Notes: generated from the letters alone by a model not told the origin. A DNA stretch of 63,874 nt, filler included, from Malassezia furfur (GCA_052055015.1; 5 parts of 5 records of this genome joined end to end with filler, not necessarily neighbours in it), one strand, 5' to 3'. Shown: positions 10,639 through 22,921, counted from the whole stretch's first letter. A program made the numbers and translations.

Positions 10639-10898
10639 GATTGCAACAACGACACCCAGGGCTTTCGCTCGCTAGTTTAAACGCGCAGATCACCGCAATA
10701 TTTTAAAACGTGCATTCGAGTCATCCAAGCTAGAATACACAACTCTTATTGGTGGACCTATTCGGGGGCAGAAGAGTGCGTTTGTCGCCCATCCTCTTGA
10801 GCGTCCGTGCGACAAGCGAGCCGATAGGATGACTCAGCAATAAAGCCGCGGAGATTCGGCTCGGTCAGGCGCCCCAACAAGAACCGCGCTGTGGTTGG

Positions 10899-12536
10899 AT
10901 GCCTACGTCATTTCCGACTCGCCCACGGACTAACGTGTTCGAAATTTTGGGCAGCAAAATGAAATTGTTTGCAACTTTCCCAGTACATAAGCAGTTGTGC
11001 ACTGCGACAGGGTACTATCAATCCTCGGTGCCGCAAGGCACGGATGTGGCCAATACCGGTGGTGTTACATCGAGTGGCCCAACGCAAACGCTGGTCCAGC
11101 GAACCACGTCGCAGACGCAAAAAGAAAGCACCATGCCAGCAGCTTCATCCGACGCCAAGGCGAGTGCTGAGGCGAACAACGCCGGTGCCGACGGCGACGA
11201 CGACAACTCGGACTCAATCGAGAAGCAGTCCGGGATGCATGGCGACGGCCCGTTCCCCTTTGAACACAGTTTCTGGGACCCGCGGCTAAAAGAACTGCGC
11301 AAGGCGTACTTTATCCCAGTCGTTATGGTCACAGTGCTGATGATGATTGTGGTGTGGACGATGATGTCCATCTACTGGGGTTCGCTGTGGAGAGAGGTGC
11401 CGAATAGCCCCAATCTGCGTGTGATGGTGCTTAACTACGACTCGGGCCAGATTGGGCAGACGCTCGTACAGGCGTTCAACGAGAGCAACTCGAACGAGCT
11501 GCCGCACCCGACGTACGTGATTGTCGACCCTGCCGACTACCCCACGGAGCAGGCCGTGCAGGAGGCCATTGAGCCAAACGAGGAGTTCTGGGGTGCGGTG
11601 TCGATCATGCAGAATGCCACGAACGAGCTGGCGGCTGCGCGTGCGAGCGGGAACCAGTCGTGGGACCCGTCGGCGGTGGTGACCATCTCGTATGCGACTG
11701 CGCGTAACTATGCGGTGGTGCCGAGCATTGTGCTGAGCCCGACGCAGCGCGAGCTGTTTCGTGCGCTAGCGAGCCTCAACCCGCAGCTCACGGGCGAGTT
11801 TCTGCGTGGATCTGACGCGAACGCGATTTCGACGGCGGCGAATGCGCCCCAGACGCTCGCGAACCCGGTGAGTTTCCGGCTGTCGGAGCTGCGGCCGTGG
11901 GACCACTCGGTGGCAATTGCGCCGACGTTTGTCGGGTTGATCTATCTTGTGATTCTCACGTTCCAGATCACTATGGCGAGCTTTGCGGCGCGGCAGCCCA
12001 TCCAGAAATACTTGCATGTGCGCTCGATCATTGCGATGCGCATCGTGACGCCGATGGTGGCGTATATTCCCATTTCGTTGATGTACACGCTGCTGAATGT
12101 GCCCTTCAAGGTGCCGTACGGCCGCGTGTTCCCCTATGGTGGTGGTGTGATGGTGTGGTGGTGTGTGTCGTACTGCGGCATGCTGGTCATGGGCCTGGTG
12201 ATGGAGTCGGTGATCACCATCGTGGGTCCCAAATTTATTGGCATCTTTTTGGTGTTCTTCATTATTAGCAACGTGAGTGTCGCCGTGTTCCCGGTGGACC
12301 TCTCGCCCAGCTTCTACAAGTATGGGTACGCGATGCCCTTCTTCAATCTGCGTGCCATCTACCTCACCGTGCTGTTCAACGTCGGCAAGCACGTTCTCAT
12401 CCTCAAATACATCGGCATTCTATGGGCGTGGCTTGCGCTCATCTTTTTGACGTTCCCGTTGGTGATCTGGTGGGACCACCGTCGGCGTCATCACGACTAC
12501 AAGAAGAAAATCTACTTTAGCGAGGGTCCGATGTAG
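10899..12536 (+). CDS. SNG1-like (DUF3533) multi-pass membrane protein; true start uncertain (10899/10959/11133)
   Basis: N-terminal TM with SIYWGSLW, large luminal loop, C-terminal TM bundle with FFIISNVS..FP..LSPSFYKYGYAMPF. Confidence 0.75.
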   Translation: MPTSFPTRPRTNVFEILGSKMKLFATFPVHKQLCTATGYYQSSVPQGTDVANTGGVTSSGPTQTLVQRTTSQTQKESTMPAASSDAKASAEANNAGADGDDDNSDSIEKQSGMHGDGPFPFEHSFWDPRLKELRKAYFIPVVMVTVLMMIVVWTMMSIYWGSLWREVPNSPNLRVMVLNYDSGQIGQTLVQAFNESNSNELPHPTYVIVDPADYPTEQAVQEAIEPNEEFWGAVSIMQNATNELAAARASGNQSWDPSAVVTISYATARNYAVVPSIVLSPTQRELFRALASLNPQLTGEFLRGSDANAISTAANAPQTLANPVSFRLSELRPWDHSVAIAPTFVGLIYLVILTFQITMASFAARQPIQKYLHVRSIIAMRIVTPMVAYIPISLMYTLLNVPFKVPYGRVFPYGGGVMVWWCVSYCGMLVMGLVMESVITIVGPKFIGIFLVFFIISNVSVAVFPVDLSPSFYKYGYAMPFFNLRAIYLTVLFNVGKHVLILKYIGILWAWLALIFLTFPLVIWWDHRRRHHDYKKKIYFSEGPM

Positions 12537-12672
12537 ACGCTGTAGCATCCTCCCTGTCACGACACGGACTCGAACCCGACGCGTGGGCCAGGGCGCCGCC
12601 GCGTGAGCTTAGTCAGACACGCGTACGCGTCGCGCTCGCAGCCTGCTCCACGGTGCTGGGCGAGAGGCCGCG

Positions 12673-13780
12673 ATGCCGCTCCGACGCCTGGTCGTCGAAA
12701 ACTTTAAGAGCTACCGCGGCATCCAGGAGATCGGGCCGTTTGTCGCGTTCAGCGCAGTTAGTGCGTAGCGCATGCTGACCCAGTCGGCCCCAATGGCAGC
12801 GGCAAAAGCAACCTGATGGACGCCATTTCGTTCGTGCTCGGCGTCAAGACGGCGCAGCTGCGCTCGACGCAGCTCAAGGACCTCGTGTTCCGCGCGGCTG
12901 CGCTCGGCCCCAAGGGCGCGGGCGAGGGCGCGGCAGTCGACGACGAGGACGCGCCGGACCGCGCGTCGGTCACCGCCGTCATCGAGGACGCCAAGGGTGT
13001 CGAGCACCGCTTCCAGCGCACCATCACGCCCGCGGGCAGCTCCGAGTTCCGCTACAACGGGCGCGTAGTGAGCTACACGCTGTACAATCAGCGGCTCGAG
13101 CAGCTCAACATCCTCGTCAAGGCGCGCAACTTTCTCGTGTTCCAGGGCGACGTCGAGGCGATTGCCGCGCAGTGCTCCAAGGACCTGAGCGAGGTCGTGG
13201 ACGAGGTGAGTGGCTCGCGCGCGCTCGCATGTGAGTACGACGCGGCACGCACCGCGTACGACGCGAGCGTCGCGCACTCGTCCGCGCTCGTGACCAAGCG
13301 CAAGAACCTGCTCGCCGAAGTGCGCGCGTTCCGCCAGCAAAAGGAGGCCGCCGACCGCCTCGACGCGGTCAAGCTCGAACTGCACGCACACCTCGTGCAG
13401 CAGGTGCTGTGGCGTCTCTACCACATCCACGAGATCACCGAAATCCACACCGACTGGGTCGAGGCGCACGCCGCGCGCAACGAGCAGCTCCGCCGCCGGC
13501 ACGACGAGCGCGAGGCGCAGGTCGCCACGGCGCGCGCCGACGCGGGCCGTGTGCAGCAGGCGATCCTCGCGCAGGAGGCCGAGGAGAAGCGGCTGACGCG
13601 CGCGATCGACGCCGCGCGGCCCGAGCGCGAGAAGCTCGAAGAGCGCCTCGCCCACGCGCAGCACAAGCGCAAGCAGGCCGCGACGCTGTGTGCGCAGGCC
13701 GAGCGCGATCGCGACGCACACGACGCGACGCTCGCGCGCCTCGACGCGGACCGCGCGCTCGTCGAGCAGACCGCCGCCGA
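12673..13780 (+). CDS. SMC1: Cohesin subunit SMC1, 5' part (truncated at gap)
   Basis: MPLRRLVVENFKSYRG; a 23-nt intron at 12761-12783 restores the Walker A IGPNGSGKSNLMDAISFVLG; ARNFLVFQGDVE; coiled coil. Confidence 0.93.
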
Positions 13781-13880
13781 NNNNNNNNNNNNNNNNNNNN
13801 NNNNNNNNNNNNNNNNNNNNNNNNTTAATTAATTAANNNNNNNNNNNNNNNNNNNNNNNNNNNNNNNNNNNNNNNNNNNN
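13781..13880. other. Assembly gap/linker (N44-TTAATTAATTAA-N44)
   Basis: Fixed 100-nt spacer with an all-frame stop motif. Confidence 0.97.
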
Positions 13881-13965
13881 CGTGCGCGACGTCAAGGACC
13901 AGCTCACGGCCAAGGACGAGTCGGTGCTGCGCGCCCTGGAGCTCGCCGAGGGCCGCCGCCTGTAG
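13881..13965 (+). CDS. 3' end of an unidentified protein (partial)
   Basis: VRDVKDQLTAKDESVLRALELAEGRRL* with strong GC3 codon bias; does not resemble the SMC1 C-terminus. Confidence 0.45.
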
Positions 13966-14030
13966 TCTTTGTGCGAATAGACATGGTATGCACGCCTAGG
14001 CGGCATGCGCGCTTTCCTAGATACACTACG

Positions 14031-14762
14031 CTACGCCGACAGCAGCTTGGTCGACAGCCACGCGGTGGCGCCCAGCAGCGCGCCGACCTGCAGGAAGCGG
14101 TACGCGGGCGACATGCGCTCCGCGTCCTTTTCCTCCTGGCTCCACCGCCGCTCGCTCCACGCGCGGAAGCTGTCGGGGTTGCTGTACTGCGTGCTGCGCT
14201 GCGTGTACGCCGACTGCGCACGCGCCGCCTCGCGCCGCGTCTCGCGCTCGGCCATCTTGGCAAACAGGTTCGTCGCGTTCGGCGACGCGCGCGGCGGCGG
14301 CGACGGCCGCGCGTGCCGTCCCTCGCGCTGCGCCGTACGCTGCCGGTGCTCCCACGCATAGTTCGCGGTGGCGCGACGCCGCATGTTGTCCGACGCATCG
14401 TACATCGGCGCACCACCCGGCGGGGCAGGGCTGGCGCGGCGCCCGGCATAGCGCTGGTCGTACTCGCGCCGCGAACGGTCATTGCCGAGCGTCGCATACG
14501 CCTCGCTCACGCGCTGGAACATGCGCTTGCCCTCCTCGGACTTGCTTACGTCGGGGTGGTACTTCTTTGAGAGCTGGTAGAACTGGCTCTTGATCTGCGC
14601 CTTGGACGCCGTGTGCGGCAGACCCAGCACCTCGTACAGGTCGTCCATGCGCGCTACATGCGTCGCATGCAGCGCACGTGTCAGAGTCACGGTCACAGCC
14701 TCGCTGGGTCCCGACACGCGCCGCTGCGCCCACCGCAGCCCGGTGCTGCTCATCCGGCTCAT
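14031..14762 (-). CDS. DnaJ-domain protein, probably mitochondrial with C-terminal TM
   Basis: Arg/Ser-rich presequence-like N-terminus, DLYEVLG...KKYHPD J-domain, hydrophobic C-terminus. Confidence 0.85.
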   Translation of the reverse strand: MSRMSSTGLRWAQRRVSGPSEAVTVTLTRALHATHVARMDDLYEVLGLPHTASKAQIKSQFYQLSKKYHPDVSKSEEGKRMFQRVSEAYATLGNDRSRREYDQRYAGRRASPAPPGGAPMYDASDNMRRRATANYAWEHRQRTAQREGRHARPSPPPRASPNATNLFAKMAERETRREAARAQSAYTQRSTQYSNPDSFRAWSERRWSQEEKDAERMSPAYRFLQVGALLGATAWLSTKLLSA

Positions 14763-14841
14763 CGTCGGGGCCCACGAAGCGAGCCCAAGTGGAGGGGCGC
14801 GCCCGCAAAAGTTTTCCGGGGTGGGCCTTTTTTTTGTGACG

Positions 14842-16326
14842 ATGGTCGACGCACCGCGCGCGCCACGCATCCAGAAGCTCGTGCTCGATGCCGCCCCGCT
14901 CTTGACCCAGGCCAAGATCGCGGGGCTCGCAGAGAAGTACTTTATCCCACCCACCGTGCTTGCAGAGCTGCGCGACGTCCGCGCACGCGAATACCTCGAG
15001 CATCTGCACACCACCGGCCAGATCGACCTCGAGGTGCGCGAGCCGGGCGCCGAGGCGATGCGCAAGAGTACGTCACCCTCCTCACACCCAGTGATCGACT
15101 TTGCGAAGCAGACGGGTGACTACGCGGTGCTCTCAGCGCCCGACATGCACGTGCTCGCACTGACCTATGCGCTCGAATTCGAGACGCACGGAAACTGGCG
15201 CATCCGCGACACGGTCGGCGGCAAGGTACGTCCCATGCCATTCACACAGACGGGCCAGCAGCAGCACGAGGTGCGCAAGCTCGAAGAGAAGCACATGTCC
15301 GCCGACGCGCCACCCGCCCCGGCAGCATCCGCCCCGGCTCCGGCGCCCAAGGCACGCGACACTCCTGCGCCGCCGCCGCCCCGCATCGAGACACCCAACG
15401 ACGACGCTGACGACGACGGATTTGTTACCGTCGACGCACAACACGGGTTCCAGCCGAACGCACAGCCGCCGCCGCCCCGCGAGCCGACACACGTCCACGA
15501 CGACGAGCAGGAAGAAGACGACGAGGACGTCGGCGGCGAGTGGATCACGCCGAGTAACATCACGCAGCACAAGAACAAGGCGCTCGGTCTGGTCGTCGAA
15601 GAGTCGGAGGCCATCCCGGAAAAGCCGAGTGGCCGGCGCCGCCGCGGCAAGAAGAAGGGCAGCAGCGGTGGATCGCTGTCGGTCGCCTGCATGACGGGCG
15701 ACTTTGCCGTGCAGAACGTGCTGCTCCAGATGGGTCTGCGGCTCGTGAGCGTCGATGGCGCACGCATCGAGCGCGTCAAAAGCTGGGTGCTTCGCTGCCA
15801 CGCATGCTACAAGTACGTTGCCCGTGCACACTGACCCAGAATCTGCAAGGACCCCGAGCGCAAGTTCTGCCCGTCGTGCGGCAACGCGACGCTGATCCGC
15901 ACCTCGGTGAGTACCGGCACACCAGGTCACGGCGGCGACCAGGGTCTCCAGGTGCATCTGAAGCCCAACTTTGAATACCACAACCGCGGCACGATCTATT
16001 CGCTGCCGATGCCGCGCGCAGGCAGTGCGTCCGGCGGGCGGCCGAGCGGGAGCAGCCGCAATGCCAAGACGGGCGTGCCCATCCTACGAGAAGACCAGCC
16101 CGAATGGCAGCGCGGCGTCGCCAAAGACAAGCTGCGCAAGCAGAAGGAAGAACGTGCGCTGCAGCGCTCGTTGGACCACGGCCAGGATTCGCTCTCGGCG
16201 CGCTACGCGGACCCTGACTGGCTTCCAGACCTGCTCACGGGTAAGCACACGGCCACCGGCTCTGACCTGCCGGCGCTTGGCATCGGTCGCAAGAACCCGA
16301 ACGAACGCAGACGGCGGAGAAAGTAG
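14842..16326 (+). CDS. NOB1: 20S pre-rRNA D-site endonuclease Nob1
   Basis: PIN motifs VLDA, TGDYAVLSAPD, WITPSN, TGDFAVQNVLLQMGL; Zn ribbon CHAC..CPSCGN joined by a 27-nt intron 15813-15839; probable 24-nt introns 15068-15091 and 15226-15249. Confidence 0.93.
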
Positions 16327-16334
16327 GTTGATTT

Positions 16335-16638
16335 CTATACGCGCTCCGTGCTCCAGAAGCTATTCGTCGCAAATTCGGGCGGCGCTTCCGGATTGTGCTG
16401 GGTGAGCTGGCGTGCACACATACCGCTTGCCCGCGTGTGCTTCCCGTAATGCGGTAGTCCCGGCGCATCATCATGCGGTCCCAGTTGTCGAGGTTATGGC
16501 GCATAGGCTGTGTGAGCGCGCAAGACAAACCTTGCCATCGTTGGCCAGACGCGCGACCGCGCTGTACCCGGTACCAGTGACCGCGAACAGCACGGTAATG
16601 ATTCCCATCGGGATCACCGACAACAGGGGGACCGGCAT
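16335..16638 (-). CDS. NDUFA1: Complex I subunit NDUFA1 (MWFE/NIMM), 3 exons
   Basis: Splicing 16508-16530 (23 nt) and 16398-16423 (26 nt) gives MPVPLLSVIPMGIITVLFAVTGTG...DGKPMRHNLDNWDRMMMRRDYRITGSTRGQAHNPEAPPEFATNSFWSTERV*. Confidence 0.88.
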
Positions 16639-17118
16639 CGTGAACGAGATAGATGGAGCTGTCGGGCTGCGAAAATCGGTCACGTGATGGTTCGCGCCGC
16701 GGTGCTCCAGGTACGCCGGCCGCATACACGCGTGCTACATATGGGTCGCAACGACGCGCATCACGCACGCGGTCCACGCAAGTGTTGCGCGTGTGCCCAT
16801 GCATCGCATGGCACTTGGGTGCGGATCACTGCGCATGTGTTTCGTTCTACTTGACAAGGCGCACGCGCCACTTTTGTATACACAAACGCATGCAACGCGC
16901 GCCATAGACTGTCTAGATGCCCACAACCTGGGCTCCGTCAGCGCGCATCCCTCTTCCTTGGCTCTCTCCCAACTGCTTCCTCGCCGGAGCATGGCAGGCC
17001 TATGACCGAAAAACGCCGTACGCCTATGTGGAGTAGCTTCGATGACGTGGGGTCAGAACGAATTTCAGTTTTCGGGTGTGCCCGTGCAGGCCTAGCACAT
17101 CCGTAGTGATTCACCGCA

Positions 17119-18389
17119 ATGTCCGATACAAAGACTACAGTCCCCGACTTTGAGCATGTTGAAACGGCCATGTACAAGCAGGAGCCGCCAGCGCCCGGTG
17201 AGGATTTCCGCCTCGCGATTGTCGGTGCAGGCAACATCAACTTTGGCTCCGACGAGGGGCCGTGGAACCACTCGTTCCGCCTCGAGCAGTAAGTACCTCT
17301 ATGCTGACGATCAGCAAGCTCGGCCCGCGTCTCAAGGTCACGGCTTTGATCGACCCAGCCAAGGAGCGCGCGGAGGAAGTGCTCGAGACCAAGCGTAATT
17401 CGTTCGTGGTCAGTGCGTACAAGGACACGGTGATCTATGCCGATCTTGAGGACTACCTCAAAGCGATTACACCGGAGACCCAGCCGCATGCCATCTGGGT
17501 GGGCTCGCCGCCTGCATTCCGCGGCCGTCTGGAGAAGGGACGTAACCTCGAGGTCCTCGTGGCTGATAACCTGCCGAAGACGGCCATGTTCATCGAGAAG
17601 CCTGTCTCGACCGGCCCAGTCGAGGAGGCTGCTGAGGTTGCGCATGACATCAAAAAGCGCGGAAACCTCGTTTCAGTCGGCTACATGCTTCGCTATCTTA
17701 AGGTCGTGCAAAAGATGAAGCAGATCATCGACGAGAACAACCTGGTGGTGACGGCGGTCAACGGCCGCTACGTCATGGCTTACGAGTACCTCTCCAAGTC
17801 GTGGTGGTGGAACAAAAAGCAGAGTCTTGGTCCTGTGATCGAGCAGGCGACGCATTTCTGTGACTTGGCTCGTTACTTTGGCGGCGAAGTCGACCTGAGC
17901 ACTGTGTTCGCCCACTCGCTCGAGCACAACGAGCCGGCAGGGAAGCTACACAAGCTCAACGTCGACGAGGAAGCCATCCCTCCTGAGGACCGCATCCCGC
18001 GTGTGACCAGCGCGACCTGGAAGTACGAATCAGGCGCCGTCGGGTCCCTGATGCACTGTGTTGCGCTGCACGGTCAGGACTTCTTTACGCATCTCGACGT
18101 GTTCGCAGACGGATATTACCTCCGTCTCGTCGACCCTTACCATGCACCGACCCTCTATGTTCGGCGCCCTGGAGATGACCGCGAGGAGACGTACCGTTAC
18201 CCGGAAGATGACCCCTTCTTCTCGGAGGTGTCGAACTTGGTGGACTGCATTGAGCATGGCCCCGATGCATCGCCAATCCTGTCGACCTATGAAGACGCTG
18301 TGAAGACGTACGCGTTGACCTGGGCCATCCGCCTCGCCAGTGAGAAAAAGACCGACGAGCTGGCCAAGCTTGCGAAGATCAAGATTTAA
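17119..18389 (+). CDS. Gfo/Idh/MocA-family NAD(P)-binding oxidoreductase, paralog A (no presequence)
   Basis: IVGAGNINFGSDEGPWNHS, EKP motif, VGYMLRY, EQATHFCD; 26-nt intron 17289-17314. Confidence 0.88.
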
Positions 18390-18686
18390 GTCTGCCTCGC
18401 ATGGATTCTAGCGTGTGCAATTACAAAAAAAGGGGATTGCCCTTGCCTACTAGGCTGAAAGGGTGGGAATGAAATGGGTTGGATTGTGGATAGGCGTTAT
18501 GGGTGAACCCCGAGAGTCCATGGCATGGTTCATGGTAGGACAGTAGCTCTACTTATGCGAGGTTGGGGGTCGCGCATGCACCAACACTAACGTGCGCCGT
18601 GAGCACGAGACGGCTGCACAAAATGCGCCCAATTCCATCGATGTGGAGGTCCGTGACAGCCCGAAGTTGATCCAACCCTGGTCACC

Positions 18687-19165
18687 ATGTCTACCGCGAC
18701 GACGGTCGATATTGACCCTAACCTCCTTAAATCGCTCCGGGATTTCCGTCTATCCAAACGTTCTTCCAAAAATGCAGCACTAGTCGCCAAGATCGACAAG
18801 AAAAAGCTGCTTCTAGAAGAGGAAGAGCTGCTTGATCCGATTACCCCCGATGATCTGGCCGAGGAGCTTCCTGAGCATTCACCACGTTTTGTCGTGCTGA
18901 GCTACGAGCTACGCCATTCCGACGGTCGGATCTCTTATGTGCGTACAAGACCACTAACCCAATAGCCGCTGGTTCTCATCTAGTACGCGTGTGACATACT
19001 GACCTCAGCTGGGCACCCGTGTCCGCCAGCATGGAGCTGTCGACCCTGTACGCCTCGGCGTTGTCCAACTTCTCGACCCATGCGGACGTCGGCAAGGTCA
19101 TTGATATTCGTGATGGCCAGCTGTCGAATGCTGTGCTGGACGAGCGACTTGGCGCGCGCCGATAA
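18687..19165 (+). CDS. AIM7: Glia maturation factor / Aim7 (ADF-H domain)
   Basis: ELPEHSPRFVVLSY..DGRISYPLVLIYWAP..LYASA after splicing 18939-18965 (27 nt) and 18983-19008 (26 nt). Confidence 0.87.
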
Positions 19166-19170
19166 AACAA

Positions 19171-19425
19171 CTATTTTGCAAAGGTAGTCTCAGGGGGCAG
19201 GGTGTCTTTTGGGTGCTTGCTTTCAAAATGAGACGAGAGTACTTTGTAGGACTAGGTAAGAAACGGCGAGGTCGCACGCACAGGACTAGGGACTTTGCAC
19301 ACCGGGCAGACAAACTTCAGACCTTGCTCACGCGCCTTGCCTAGCTGGGACTTCCCGCCCTGCTGAGATGCGGCACGCTTTTGTGCGGCGGCCTGTGCTT
19401 GTGCCTTGGCATGCCCACGCACCAT
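19171..19425 (-). CDS. Small 4F5/C2H2 zinc-finger protein (ZNF706/At2g23090-like)
   Basis: MVRGHAKAQAQ..; CPVCK..HFESKHPK after a 30-nt intron 19252-19281. Confidence 0.82.
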
Positions 19426-19816
19426 GGTGGAATGCTCGAGTATAGCCACGTGACTGATAAGTCGTGCCAAGCAACGCGATGCAGAGTTATCCGATCACCA
19501 ATCTATCGCACGGACGGACGTAGGGTTTCTACGGCCAAACGACCCGTTATTCTGTCGAGACCTTAGCATTAGGGCATAGTACTAGGGCATGTCAAACCCC
19601 CCAAAGTTTCTACATGTAATTGATTTGCAGACTGCGTTAACTGATAGGCAAAATTCGCGCGGTATTGTTTGGATGGGGAGGTGATCGGGTGGAGTGGATT
19701 TGTGCCGCAATCGTTCCGAGGACTACATCGAAATAAAAATGTGCCGATGGGGATGCACAGGCGCTGTTTAAATAAACTATCCCGAGTTTGCTCACGACAC
19801 TCTGTACCTACCAACC

Positions 19817-21197
19817 ATGAGTCTTCTGGCCTCCAAGTCGCTGCGTGCTGGCCTCTCGCAGCCCCTCCGCCGTGCATGCCTCTCGACTATGGCCGCAAGG
19901 CCTAGCGTGGCACTCCGTGCACCGCCGAAGCGCTTTGCGGCCGCACGGTACTCGACGAAGCCCGACACTTCGGTCGACTTCGATCCGGAAGCGGTCACCG
20001 CGATGGACAAGCAGGAGCCTCCGGCGCCTGGTGAAGATTTCCGTGTGGCGATTGTCGGTGCCGGCAACATCAACTTCGGTTCCGATGAGGGTCCGTGGAA
20101 CCACTCGTTCCGTCTCGAGCAGTACGTGTGAACAACACTGACCGTGCAGCAAGCTGGGCCCTCGCCTGAAAGTCACCGCGCTCATTGATCCCAGTGAGGC
20201 GCGTGCTAGCAAGGTGCTCAAAACCAAGTGCGACTCGTTCGTGGTGAGCGCCTACAAGGACACGGTGATCTACCCGAACGCCGAGGCGTACATTGCGGCG
20301 CTCAAGCCCGAGGAGCGGCCGCACGCGATCTGGGTCGGCTCGCCGCCTGCGTTCCGTGGGCGTCTGGAAGCGGGCCACGATCTGGAAGAGGTGCTGGCCA
20401 AGGGCCTTCCCGGCGTCCCGCTGTTCGTCGAGAAGCCCGTGTCGACGGGCCCGGTGGACCAGGCGTTCTCGGTGGCCCACAAGCTCGAGCGGAGCAAGAC
20501 GCTCGTGTCGGTGGGCTACATGCTCCGCTACCTCAAGGTGGTGCAGAAGATGAAGCAGATCCTTGAGGAGAACAACCTGAACGTCATGGCCATCAACGCT
20601 CGCTACATCATGGCCTACGAGCACACGGCCAAGCTCGACTGGTGGGACAAGTCGCAGACGCTGGGTCCGATCGTTGAGCAGGCGACGCACTTTTGCGATC
20701 TGGCGCGCTACTTTGGTGGCGAGGCCGACCTAGGCACGGTCATGGCGCACTCGGTGGAGTACTTTGAGCCCGCGGGTAAGCTGAGCAAGATCCCGGTGGA
20801 CGAGTCGCGCGTCGCGCCTGAGAACCGCATTCCGCGTGTGACGTGTGCGACGTGGAAGTTTGACTCGGGTGCCGTTGGCTCGCTGACGCACGCTGTTGCG
20901 CTCCAGGGCCACAACTACTCGACCGAGCTTGATGTGTATGCGGATGGCCACATGCTCCGCCTGGTGGACCCGTACAACGCTCCGATCCTTTACTTCCGTC
21001 GTCCTGGTGACGACCACGAGGAGATTGTCCGCTACCAGAACGACGATCCCTTCTTCTCCGAGGTGTCCAACTTCATCGACTGCATCGAGAAGGGCCCCGG
21101 TGCCTCTCCGATCCTTTCGAGCTACGAGGACGCTGTCAAGACGTACGCGCTGACGTGGGCCATCCGTGAGGCCAGTGAGCGCAGCATCAAAAAGTAG
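19817..21197 (+). CDS. Gfo/Idh/MocA-family oxidoreductase, paralog B with mitochondrial presequence
   Basis: Arg/Ser/Leu-rich N-terminal extension; same motifs and same intron position as paralog A (28 nt, 20122-20149). Confidence 0.88.
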
Positions 21198-21273
21198 ACT
21201 GCTCTCGGTAGTGCTCCCCCAACGTTCGCGCACGTGACCGCATCCACCTTGTCCGTGGCGCGTTCGACGCACG

Positions 21274-22921
21274 ATGGAACAGCGAGCGAACCGGGCGCGG
21301 AATGCGGTGCTGGCTGGCCAAGCCGCTGAGCCACATGCAGGATGGGGCGGCGTATGGAATAGCGAGAATCTGCCGCCCCTCCCGTACGACGGGCGCGACG
21401 CCACAGCGCGTAGTGCGCGTGTCTCGGACGGGCGGTCGCCGCGTGCGCCGGCGCTCGACGACGACGGGTACACGGACGTGGCGCGTGCGCCGAAGCGGCC
21501 TGTGATGGACGAGCCTGGACCATCGAAGCGTGCGCGCGATGGCGAAGCGCCACGCGCGCTGGATGCGGTGCTCGACCGCCGAGACGCGTATGCCGACGCG
21601 GCGCTCGAAGACATCCGCGAGCTGCACCCCCAGTTTGTCGGCGATGCAGATGCGGACGAGGACCACCTTGGGCTGGACGACCAGCTGTCATTGTCACTGC
21701 CGCAGCGCTACGACGCCGACGCCCACACGGGCCTTGCTGAGGCCGCGGCGGTGGCCGCTACCATGCAGGCGGACACCGACACGTCCGAATCGGTGCCGCG
21801 GCGGCTGCAGCCGCGTGGCGAGCACGCGCAGCGCAAGGTGAAGCCTGGACAAGAAAAGACGCGAGCGGCGTTTGTCGCCGCACACGCTGGGCAGACGTAC
21901 GAGCAGATGGTGCTGGAGCGTGCCTACTCGAGCGACCGGCTGTTTTGGCTCAAAGAAGCGTACGGCCTTACGTGGCGGACCGGGCGGTGGAGCCAGGAGG
22001 AGGAGGATCTGGCGACGGCTGCGCTGGACAAGTTCTGCAAGCACTACAAGCTGTCGTCTGCGGCGCTGGATGAGCTCATTTGGCACCGCAAGCCGGAGCA
22101 GAAGCACATGCACGAGGAGCTGTGGAAACACATTGCGCTGTCGGTCGGCACGCGTCCCAACTATGCGGTGCGCATGCACATCAAGTCGATGCGCAAAAAC
22201 GTCGTACGTGGCGGCAACTGGACGCCGGCCGAAGTCGATGCGCTGGCCGCGGCCGTCGCCGAGCTGGGCCACCAGTGGGAGAAGATTGGCGAGCGGCTCG
22301 GGCGGTCCGGGAACGTGTGCAAGCACTACTGGCGCGAGCAGATGCAGGGCAGCCCCGCGGCGCACGCGCCGCAGGGCGCCTTCCGCCCCGAGGAGGAGGC
22401 GGCGCTGCGGCAGGCGGTGCTGGCGTGCTGCGAAAAGGTCGGGTGCGATCCAGACGGCCCGAATCTGCCTTGGACGCTGATCCATGAGCAGCTCGGCCCT
22501 TCGACGCGCCGGATCAGTGTGCTGTCGCGCAAGTGGCGCGGCATGCTCAGCGCGGAGCGGCGCAACTCGGAGGACCAAAACACGCGCTGGTATGCGCCGC
22601 ACGACGACCATGTGCTTTTGCGCCGTGTGCGGGCGCAGCGCAAGACCAACGTGGCGGACATCGACTTTGACAAGCTGGCGTCGGACGACTGGCAGTGGCC
22701 GACGTATGTGGTGAAGAAGCACTGGACGGGCATGCTGCGCAAGCGCGTCCCGCCGCAGTTTTCGGGCAACCTGGATGGTAGGTGTTGACAAGCTCACCAC
22801 AGCGCTGCTGGACCTGCTTGAGAGCCGTGTGCCGTCGCCGGACGAGTACAAGATGCTGGCATCTGGGCGGCGGCCGCCCAAGTCGTCCGAGGACGTCCCG
22901 TACGCCGGCGGCCCGCCATAG
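21274..22921 (+). CDS. Myb/SANT repeat DNA-binding protein (Reb1/Nsi1/TTF1-like)
   Basis: GRWSQEEE, GNWTPAEVDAL..GHQWEKIGERLGRS..C, PWTLI..RKW; 25-nt intron 22778-22802. Confidence 0.75.

Noticed and set aside
7276..10900. Low-GC region as a Malassezia centromere
   Set aside because: Described Malassezia centromeres have a very AT-rich gene-free core. These intergenic stretches are only moderately AT-rich and short.
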